Shown here piece by piece: positions 11,058-21,600 of a DNA stretch of 64,000 nucleotides. Both the position numbers and the translations under genes were made by a program. Origin of the DNA: Anthoceros angustus (lineage: Eukaryota > Plantae > Anthocerotophyta); contig MU008187.1 of NCBI GenBank assembly GCA_010909165.1, forward strand, positions 66,247-130,246, written 5' to 3'. The notes under the pieces are model-generated. The model was given only the letters and a program-made list of their open reading frames with translations. It was not told the DNA's origin and did no database searches. Every line of letters starts with the position of its first letter. Position 1 is the first letter of the stretch.

Positions 11058-12844
11058 CAAGTAGTTCATTCCTCAAAGGATTCATGGCTATGAAGTTTTA
11101 CCGGACGCAGAGGAGGAATTGACCCATGAGCCACACCGCCGAGGCCCCACCCAATTCTGGGCAAAAGAATTGAGCTTGTCCGAGAAGGATGCATCCCAGG
11201 CCCAGGTAGTCCCACTTGGTTTGAGCAGGATGAAAGAGAAGACTGGAGATCTTCTAGATGACCACCAACAAACCTTGTCTGCGTTGTGGCATCCTGACTA
11301 TTTGGATAAGAGCAAGGAGGATGCGAACGATATCGCCGCGAATGCTATGGACGAAAACGACAATTTTGAGGATCCCGAGGATGCTGTACTCCAAAGGATG
11401 GAAGTTGTGTTAGATAGCGTGTCAGGACAATGCCTCCCGAGCCACAGCCTGCCGAATCGTAGGGAATTAAGTCTAGTTTACTTTTGAAAGTACTATAACC
11501 CGCATGGTTAGAACTTAGATGGCGCATGCCGCGCCTCGATATCCCTTCTTTAACTATGAGCATTTTATTTGTTTTGTCAAGGATGATATCTGCTGCTCAA
11601 AATATCCATAGAGCACGTTCACCTATAAGACATTCGTCATGCACTGCAGAGGTCCTAAATGCACCAACATACTCATATTCAGGTGAAAGCACCAACAAAA
11701 TAGGGATGATCTAAACCACTAAACTTGCGATAACCGGATCGAGGGAACCCAATGGTCCCGGCAAAGCGGTTCGGGATATTCACCGGGTTCAAATATTATG
11801 GTGTTAAGAAGGCGTTCCCAATGTTGGAGGAGCTAGTCTTAGAGGTGGGGACGAAGTCGCGGCGTGGGTCGGGGTCCCCTGGCGTGGTGGACTCCTTTCA
11901 TGAGGCATGGCCTACGGTTGTGTTGTCGGTCGTTGTAGGTCAAGAGTTGGCGAATTTTCTGAGGCAAGTGCAAGTGCAGCCTGTAGAGGGAAAGTTAGAT
12001 GGCGCCTTGCTTGTTTAGGGGGCTGTTGTGAGAAGGTGTAGGCAACAATCGATCTCTCAAAATCCGGCAATTCACGGAAGTCTCATGGGACGAAACCCAA
12101 CGCGAAGCGACAAGTGATAAGTGTGGCCTTGATGGTGAATCTAAGCCCGGGATTTTCCTCCCACATGAGAGGATAAGTTGCGACTTTAGTTTGAAAGTAT
12201 CAGCCTGGCAAGCCTGAGTGTCCGGAAACATTTCTAGAGTTGCAAGCGTTGGTATTTGCTCAATGACAACGTGGGAGAGCTCTTGCGAGCTCAATGCATC
12301 GAAAAACAGTATTATGTGGATGGTTTGAACGGACCGCAGTTGCCCAGGGTCAAAACTGAGCTTTACAGCGATGATGAGGAGGAGTTGTTAGCTCGACATC
12401 GAGCAAGAGAGCAGGCATGGTTAGGAAAAGCACAAGTGGATGAGTATTTTGATCCAGAAGATGCCGGTGTGGCTGCTATGTTGGCTACAGGAATGACAAA
12501 GCACGACAAACCATCTAAACCTCAACTCCAAGACAACATGTTCAGGCAGTTTTATGGTCGGTTTTATGGAATCTGAATGCCCAAAGTGGTGCTCCGATTT
12601 GTCGGCACATTTTGTCGCAGCACCAACTTTTGGCCGAGGGGCCATTTGCGGCTATTAGTTTTATTTCCTTATTGCAGTTAGGGCGGATTTGGCTACTGGT
12701 TAAGGCCTTTGTTTAGGTCCATGCCTTGTTTTGAGCCATTGTGTTCTAATAGTTTGCTAGCTTTGTGTGAGTCATGACTACTATGCGCTATGGCGCAGCT
12801 TGTCATGGCACATAGACCTTATGTCGATGGATAGGCATGTGGAA

Positions 12845-12995
12845 TATATGCATGTGTGTATGTAGTATGTATGGATGTAAGTACATATATGTGGCATGCA
12901 TATATGTGTAGATATATGTATGTGATATTTATACATGTGGCATGCATGTATGTGTAGATATATGTATGTGGTATTTATACATGTGGCATGCATGT
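12845..12995. repeat. TATG-rich tandem repeat, 46-bp period (about 2.3 copies plus degenerate lead-in)
   Basis: TGTGGCATGCA recurs at 12890, 12936 and 12982. Confidence 0.85.
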
Positions 12996-13333
12996 GTGGT
13001 GTGTATGTATGGGTGAGGGTCAAGTCATTTTGGACAAGCAAAACGACAAGTGTAGTTAAGCGAATGGCGGCTCCTTCCATGACTCACGACAGCGCGTGTT
13101 TTCTCAAAATCAAAGCAAGCCATTAAGAGATGGCGGTGCCAAGCAAGCAAGGGATTACAAAAGCGAGACAACTGCGGGAATGTCACGGATTGTTGATATT
13201 TGTTTCATGAGGAACATACAGATCCCATTCTCTTCTTGTGAGCTCTCGGAGTGGTGTGTCGATACACTTGCCCATGCAAGAGGCAAGTCGATTTTGCCAT
13301 TTGCGGCTATTAGTTTAGTTTCGTTAGCATGTT

Positions 13334-16300
13334 TGTGGAGTATCACATGTGTCCTAACCCTTCTCTGAATTGTCAGGATGAATGAATTTTTTTTGTTTTG
13401 GTGTCTTAGTATAGCGGAATGCTTTGGAATCGTCCGGGTAAGACCTTTTATACGGAAAGAGTCCTTGGCCCATGGTGATAATAACATTTTCTTGTCCTTG
13501 GGTTTTGACCCTAGTTAGGAAGGTTAGATATAGGGTCCTTGGGTTTTGGTAATTTTAGAAATAAAAAGTGTCTATATATGCTAGGTGCGTACATTTTGCC
13601 ACAACAAGTGGGAGGTGGCTAGTTCCACCAGTGGCCGGAGACGGGGCGATGCACTGTGGGAGTTCACAACCCTAGTGGCGGAGCGGGCCGCCATCGGAGC
13701 GAAGGAAGAAGAACACACCGACATCGCGAGGTCGCGAATTTCCGTGAGCGAGCGGTGAGCGCAGCAGCGACGATGCAATGCAATCGCGCCAAATCACCGC
13801 TTTGCGGCAGTGGCGGTGGCGCGGCCGATCGAGGGCGCGGCGAGGAGGGAAACCACGCCGGGCGAATCGCGAAGGGGAAAAGAGGCTAAGTCGGAGGACC
13901 AGCAAGAGGAGCGAGTGAGCGCGAGGGTGGTGCTTTTCTCTCTCGACCAGCCGCTGCAGGGAGCCGAGTTTTTGAAGATGAAGGAGAAAGGAGATGGCGC
14001 CGAGCGCGTAATTCTCACCATACAAAGGCCCAACATGGACCACTGGAAGGTTAGAGCTGATGATCTTGTGCTGAACTGGCCTAGATTTCATGGAGAAGAA
14101 ATGGTGCCGACATTAGATTAGTGCAAGAGTGTGCCCGCCAACCGAGAACCAAAACGCAAGAGGGCGACGGAAGAGGCCGCAAAATTGATTTGGGGCTCTT
14201 CCGAGCCGTGTATGGGCGAAGAATCGGAAGATGGGAGCGGTGATTGACCCGCAGAGAAGAAAACTCGAAGTCAGCCGCGCCATGAAGCCTGGGAAGTGAG
14301 AGTTAACAATGGATGGGTGACTTGCTGTCTCGGTACCGTTGGGTTGGCCAAGTGGATTTTGTGTTTCCGAATCGAAAGTTAGATCACATGGCGGACCACT
14401 CGGTCTTCCTTCATGAGGTGGTCAAGGGCACGCAGATCGATTGGGGAGGATGATTTTGAAAGAGCGTGAAGAGAAGGCGAATTTGCTCTCCCTCCCTCGG
14501 CCTTCCTTGATTTCACCTTTTGATTCATGTGTTTGAGCATTCGGATGCCTAACGGAGTTGGAAGCCGTGGTTCCGCCTTCATAGCCGGAAACCGTCGAGA
14601 ACTCAAGGTGGAGGAGGAGGAATATAAGGAGGATTCAGGAAGGACTCCAGCTTGGGAATGCGCCTCACTAGAGGATTCGGATGAGGGTGGGGAGGTTTCC
14701 AAAGGCAAGAGGAAGAGGGTACGATCGAACGGGTCGGCCAAAAGGGGAAAACAAGAGAGGAAGGAACCCAGCCTACACCTAGGGTCACGAGGTCGAAGCA
14801 GGGACGCGTGAAGGAGGAGAAAATAAAAGGAGACGCAGTTGTCCCCTTCTGTGTGGGATGAGTCGCCGCCACTAGGGAGGTTGAACGGATAAAGGGTAGT
14901 TGCATCAACCCCTAGAGAGGGGCTAATTTCGGCACCCGTGACGGAGCTCAAGGACATTTTTGGCGATATCTCCTTAACCCGACCAAATAAGGGAGGAGTG
15001 ACGCGCGTAGAGAACTATTGTGGAAGGGAATGGGCACGGAATGAACAGCCCAATTTGGGAGTCCAGGCTCGCCACGCCATGGCTCGACTCAGTGATCTTC
15101 GACTGTGCAGCCATGGCTCTCACTTGGCTAAGTGTGCAACAAGAGAAGTTGCTCAAGGAGAAGTTGGAGGGCCCGGAGGGTGAGAACAAGGTGGCGAGGG
15201 TCGCAGACGGGAGTGCGAGGAGGCATTGTGCAAGGCATGTGAACAAGGCCATGACCACCCAACAGAGGCCCTAGTAAATCAAGTAAAAGGAGCGCACGAT
15301 TGAGGAGCTCCGAATGAGGTCATGCGAGTCCAAGAGGTGTGGAGATGATCGCGGAGAAATTCAAGAAATCATGAGAGATATAAGCGGAGAGAGATGAAGC
15401 TAGTCAAGAGAGAGGCAGTAAACCAAGAAGGGTGAGCAAGTACCCACCGCAGAGCAAGCAACCACTGGGAAGAAACCACCACGGTGGCTAAACCGCCACC
15501 GCCGCGTGGAAGAGGAACCGAGGTGGGGAAGCCACCGAGCGGGTGGGGGATACGACTCGGATTCCTAAGGCAGGCCTGTGATTGTCCACGGAGGAGAGGG
15601 TAAGGACCTCAAAGGCGAGTGCACAAGGCGTCGGATGAGGATGCTCATGTCCCCGCTACATGGTGAGCTGCTCACTCTAAATGTGTATGTGGTTGTTGGG
15701 ACAGAGGGGCGTAAACCATGGGTCAGACATCTTGATCGCCACGCTACCGCTGGTTCCTTCGAACGGGAGCGGGGCCTACCCCAAGTGGTGATCGAGGAGA
15801 TGAGCAAGCGAGGCCGAGTGGAGGGAGGAGCACACGATGTGGCTGTCCAAATGACGAGGAGTGGAATAATAGGCATAGGGCCTATAGACGCGATGCCCAC
15901 GAAAGACGCCAAGAAACCGCATGCAAGGAGGTGGAGGTTTTGGGGAGAATCGCCGATGAGGGCGGTGAGAGCGAGAGCGAGGGGACCCCATCTACCGCAT
16001 AGGCGAACAGCGGACGCCGCCACGCTGATTTTAGAGGAGCACATCATCGTGCCAAGGGTTTCTTTTCGTTAGGGATAGGATGTTTTGAGGGTCATGAGCC
16101 GTAGTTACCGGAATTGGTAGGAGCGCCCGTGGTAGTGGGCCATATTTTCTAGACATCGGAGAGGAGTGAGCGTGGAGATCCGCACTGGATGTATAAGAGA
16201 CCCTTTTGTGTCTCTCAATGACAATGTGTGTGAGCTTCCTGTGTTGAACCCACGCCGAGGTTGGTTAGAGACGCCGATCGCATCGGGTTCGATGCACCGC

Positions 16301-17159
16301 CTTCCACAAGAAGACCGGAAGATCCTCGGGGTGGTCGAGAGCGGAGTGGCCAAGCCCACGTCTGGGAGTGGTGGGGAGGTAATCGCGATGCCGGGAGGGT
16401 AGGAATTTCCGCGGGCTGGGTGAGATCGCCAAAGGCGAATCGCCCAAGCATCGACTGCTGTTTTCCGTCCTTCCCAAACCGCCACTGTAACGTGTTTTAT
16501 TCCATGAGGGAGGTCCGTGGCCCAAGGTGAGGTCTGTGGCCCAAGGTGAGGTCCGTGTGGAGAGAGAGAGAGAGGATTTATTTGTGGAGTGGGAGGTCCC
16601 TGAGGCGGAGTGTGGCCGAGGGGATTGTGATGCGCATGGGGAAAACGGAATGATCGAAAGAGTGGAAGTGAATGGTGAGATCACGGGAACCAGCGAGTGA
16701 GGCGCCCGCCATTCGAGGTCGGGGCATAACCCTGAGAAGATCCGATCGGGTATTCCCCGAAGAGAAGTAAGAGTACATGTAGGTGTGTGTATGTCCATAA
16801 CCCCAAGGACGCCAGAGAAGCCGTGGTGACAACACCCGCGACACGAGGGCGCTGTGGGGCCCGCCATGGTTGAACCAACCACACGGTGGTTGAGCCTTCC
16901 ACTGGTGGCGAGTCTTCCACGGTGGTAGTCTTCCACGGTTGAGTCTTCACTTGGTGGTCGAGTCTTCCAGGTGCAGTCTCCACTGGTGGGTTTGGGCATG
17001 GTAGCTGGGAGGGTAGTGATCGATTGTGGTAGGACCGAGTCCATAGTTTTAGAACATCTTGACACAAAACCATTCCCTTGGGATCGAATCCTAGGACTAT
17101 AACGACATAGAGGGTAAATGTGGCCTCTTTGGGCCTTCGGATGCAAAACCCATTCCACA
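13334..17159 (+). mobile_element. Solo LTR (family C, about 3.83 kb) of a Ty3/gypsy relative of elements P/M
   Basis: Termini TGTGGA...TCCACA. Perfect 5-bp TSD ATGTT at 13329-13333 and 17160-17164. The 3' end (CACAAAACCATTCCCTTGGGATCGAATCCTA..GAGGGTAAATGTGG) is homologous to the P/M LTR end. No PBS or internal region follows. Confidence 0.88.
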
Positions 17160-17793
17160 ATGTTGCATATTGAGTTAGGGCGGCTTTGGTTGCTGGTTAT
17201 GGCCTTTGTTAGGTCCATGCCTTGTTTTGAGCAATTGCGACAGGCTCTCGATAGTTTGCTAGCTTTGTGTGAGTCATGATCGGCGCCGCTATGGCGCGAC
17301 ACATGGGTTGAAAGCATTGGAGTCTTCGGTAGAGGTTTAATTTGAGGTACTTTTTATTTTTGATTTATTTCAAAAATATGATCTGAAGGACCATGCCAAG
17401 AAAATATATGTTCAGGATGGTAAGTTCAAAATATGGGTGAAAATAAATATATGCAGTGATACGTAACATCAAAGGACCTGTTTTGAGTAGATTCGCCATT
17501 CTGGGGTTAAAGATGTCTAGTCTGGGCAACTGAGTTATAACAGCCCTCGCATCGCTCGGGCTACGGTCGGGTCTCGCGCGTCGGCCCACCTGACTCAGCC
17601 GCGATGTTACGTTATGGAACATGCGCTCGTCGGGGCGCCTGGCTTAGAGGAGTCTCGCCTAACGGTATCGACTCCTCTGCGCAGGAGCGCCCTCCGAGCA
17701 CACGTTCCGTAATACAGAGCGAATCGACCCGTAAGTTATCTTTTCGTGGATGAAAGAAACATGATGAAAGAAACAATTGCGAAGGAGAGAAGT

Positions 17794-17940
17794 GCAAAAT
17801 GAGCTAATAGCTTGGTGAAAGTGGCAATCACGAGATCGAGAGGCGCAAAATGAGTCTGCCGGTAACTTGATGAAAGTGGCAATCGCGAGGCCGAGAGGCG
17901 CAAAATGAGCCTGCTGGTAGCTTGGTGAAAGTGGCAATCA
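17794..17940. repeat. 55-bp tandem repeat, about 2.7 copies
   Basis: GAAAGTGGCAATC at 17817, 17872 and 17927. Confidence 0.9.
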
Positions 17941-18628
17941 GAGGTTCATTTTCTGCCAGACGTTCTGGGGTGAAGGCCATCGATATGATTGGTATCGATA
18001 TGGGGAAGCACTTCAACAGGTGCAAAGGAGCGCAGAAGGTAAAGTATTAACTAAAGCAATATTCATTTTGATTTCCGATTGATCTTGGCTTCGACGCGAT
18101 TCATCTTGGACCTGTTTCGAAAGCTATGTACATACTCCTGAAACGACTTATTGAAGACTGACTTTACCGGTTAATACACCAATAGGGCTGGCAAGGCTTG
18201 GGGCTCCTATCCATCAAGAGGGCGGCCACATTCCTGCTGCATACAACTCTACATACCAGGTGTTGAAGCTCGTTGAGGCCAAACAAAGGTAGCTCCTGAC
18301 GCACATGCACTGGTTCACGGAATCAAAACTGGTACAGACATCAAGCAGCCCCTTATCACATCACACCAAGACGTGGATTGGCGAACATAGGACATGTTCA
18401 ACCAGAGTACCATCTACCTGGATGTATTACGTCTAAGCAAATATATATACGGACCTGTACACCCTGCTAGAAAGCAGCGCTCGATTGCATCCAGATGCTT
18501 CAAAAGACTCTGGGCACCAGAATCTTCTCTAGAAATGTGTGCAATTTAAAACATCTACAAGTGCTGCCCAATTAGCCAGAGCACAGACACTCTACCAACT
18601 AATTCAGTCAGCATCTGACCGAAAGCTA

Positions 18629-21600
18629 CTACATGAGACCGTGGCCAGGCATACCTGGAATACTGCGATTGACCTCCATGCCAAACCACCTTTCGATTCC
18701 TGCATTACCGGTTGCAGCATTATTGCTTATGAAGCTCAATATATCATGTCCCTTGTTCGCATGTCCAACATCTGAGCCATAATGTGCCGCAGAAATGAAC
18801 CCCCCTGGTGGCAGATGTCCACCTCCTAGCTGCCCAGGAGGTTGCGCACGGGCATTATGTCCGGGTTGATGAAAGATTGCATTGTGGACAGAGTACAGAA
18901 GGCCCGCTCACGGGAAAATGGGAATCCGGCTGTCCTTGCTTAGATGCAAGACCGTGAGGTTCTATAGGATGATCATGAATAAAAGGACCACCGTTCATGC
19001 CTGAAAGAAAGGTCCTCTTGAAACGCGCCAGGCCCAATGAACTGATTAGGAACTGGGCCCACAGGACCAACCTGGTGATACGCCCCTTGTCCAAGATGTG
19101 CGGGTGGTGACTGAAAATGGATTGACCCCGATGCTGAGGCATGCAGAAAGGACCTGCCCCCATTGTCAGGCATAGGACCATATCCAAAATAAGGGAATTC
19201 CACAGCACTAGCACCACCGAACTGAGGCTGCATCTGCTGCTGAGGCCGATATGGCTGATGCGAAAATCCCGAGTACCCACCCGGACTTGGCCCCTGTGAC
19301 ACCAAGGACTGCTGTAGGTGGTGATGAAGAGGCGTAGGATGTGCGTGGAGGCCTACAACTGAGGATGAAAGGGGCCTGTACAACGGAGCGATTGGAAGAC
19401 CAGATTGGGGCTGCTGCAGAAGCTGTCCCTGATAACTGGAGTAAGCAGCTTGATGCGGTCGCATAAGGCTGCCTTTCAGCTGAGCTGAAGCACTTGCTCG
19501 GGGTTGAGGTTGAGCTCCACCTGAATACCCAGCCAAACTACCATCCAGTGTTGACATCAACTCTGTTGCCTTACTTTTTGATGATGCACCAGTTCTCTCG
19601 CTCTTGCCAAATACAGAACCATTTGAGGCAGGACATGCCTCCTCCACTCATCTTCAAATGCCCAGGAACAAGTGGAATTCTGTTTACCTGAACTGAGACT
19701 CTCCTGCGTGTCCACTGCAATCAAATCCTCAGCAATATCAGCCAAACTTGAAGGAAGCTTCAACGGACTGTCCAAAATGGAACTTCCTAATGAAGAGTCT
19801 CTTTTGAATCAGGAATCCTTGCAAGAGGTGACCTTTCAGGAGAACATCATGGCCAGTTCCAAAAACCCATCCACTTCAGCACCGATGGGTCTTGTCACAA
19901 CCTGCATGGGATTGCTCAATTTCACAAGCTCCCTTTCTGTAGGTTCAACAGAGCAGCCCTCATCTTCACATAAGTTGGTCGTCAGGACACTTCCATAGCT
20001 GCCTTGGGGTGTCAATCTCTTCGACTCTTGTGCTGTAAGTGGGTAGCCAGTTGCCCACATGAATTGGCTAACACTTGGAGACAGAGGAACACTCTCACTG
20101 CCTGATGTAGAGCTTGTTTTTAAACACGGTCCACATCCCTGATCTCCCTATGAGATTCTTCAGAGGTCGAATCAGATGCTGCTGGTCTGGACACTCGGCC
20201 AATAGTACCATAGGATGGCTTTGAAGCACCACTAATACCTAAAGAAGTCTGCGGACACTGTTGAAAGATGATAGTGAGGGCTGTTGCACATCATCTTTTC
20301 CTTCAATTGCCTTGTCCGAAGGAGTCTTCATGGAGACAGGCTTATCCTGAGCTCGCAGTTCATTCATGAATGCCTTCCCAAACAGTGACTCCAAAGTACC
20401 ATACTCCCCAGAGATTTTTGTGTCAATCTGCGAACTAGCCTGACCCTTGGAAGCCCAGTCCAGGTGAATTGATTCGTTAATTAAGCCCTGATAATCCGCT
20501 GGATGCACTTCTGCACTGACAGCAACCTCAACTGCTTGAGGGACTTGGCTACTGATCTGTGAACTGAGGATTTCCTCTGCAACAGTGACAATAGATGCCG
20601 AGCATGACCATCTGAGGTCTCAGCTTGTTGCCCTCTGAATCCAGCAAACCATTGGGCACTGTCGTAGTGAGAACCCTGCTTCAACTGTACGATCTGCTTC
20701 AGCAATAATTGAAAGCTCAATATCTTCACAAGTAAGGAAAACAGGGGAAGCTTTGAATCACGGCTTCTGCTGGTGCAGAGGACTCGTGGCTCTCCTTCCG
20801 TGAAATCCTCGCAGAACCACCTTACCCTGATATCAAGCACATCCAATGCCCCAAAGCTTGTTGATGATCCAGTATCCACAGCCGCAAGACCCTTCTCAAT
20901 GTCCTCCAAGGATGGGCCAGGTGGCATCGAAGACTCGACCTTGGTGCTTTCGAGGTAGAGAAGTTGAAGAAACTGAATGCTGATCCTGCAGCAAAGACTC
21001 AGAAATCCTTCTTCCACCAGTGTGACACAGATGCAGAAGACTTCCCACCTTTTGGCAAAGGTGAAAGACCATCAGCAGAGTCTGCAGAAAACTTCCCTGA
21101 AATTTCTGTTGCACAAACCACAAGTCAAGATATCAAAATCCTCTCAACACACAGCAAGCAATTTAGCCACTAAGTAAGATATCTACTACCAAGAAACTCA
21201 AAGGATACTACTTAAAGCCCTGTTAGAGGATACCTTCAGGATCAGACCATTTTACAAGTTTCAGACTGTCCTGGTCAAAATCAGACCAAGCATGTTCTCC
21301 CTGCGTCCAGGGTGTTTTCCTAACAGGCCATTAATTCATGGCAATGTGAAAGACAATCAATTCAATTGACAGACACTGAACCTAGATACAAATTCAAATC
21401 TCCTTCCATGGTAGCTTGCTTCATAGACTTGATGATGGATGAAAACAAGCCAAGTGTATACCGTAAACAGAGGGAGTGAGCGTGGTTGCCATCCATGCTT
21501 GCTTTTGGCAGCTTATCCAGCACAGAACGTGGCTCGGTACTTAAACCGGCTGCCATCCCATCTGAGTTGATGTTCTCAAATTGCATATCCTTAGGCTTTG

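Larger units (their letters stand above)
6660..17650. mobile_element. Unclassified decayed transposon-like block (possibly KDZ/Zisupton- or MULE-like) carrying several ORF remnants; boundaries approximate
   Basis: No splice structure recognised; ORF remnants with stops or frameshifts (Ulp1-like on minus, 2OG-Fe(II)-like on plus, others unassigned), subterminal-type repeats, and a nested solo LTR. No transposase motif or TIR was recognised. Confidence 0.4.

Noticed and set aside
17510-17570. Helitron 3' terminus
   Set aside because: The hairpin stem is short and the nearest CTAG is about 22 nt away; no RepHel motifs were seen.
17794-17940. CRISPR-like repeat-spacer array
   Set aside because: The inter-repeat segments are themselves similar (a plain tandem repeat), and the context is eukaryotic.
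19672-21177. Plus-strand ORFs overlapping the CBE1-like exon
   Set aside because: Antisense shadows of a real minus-strand exon; no independent motifs.
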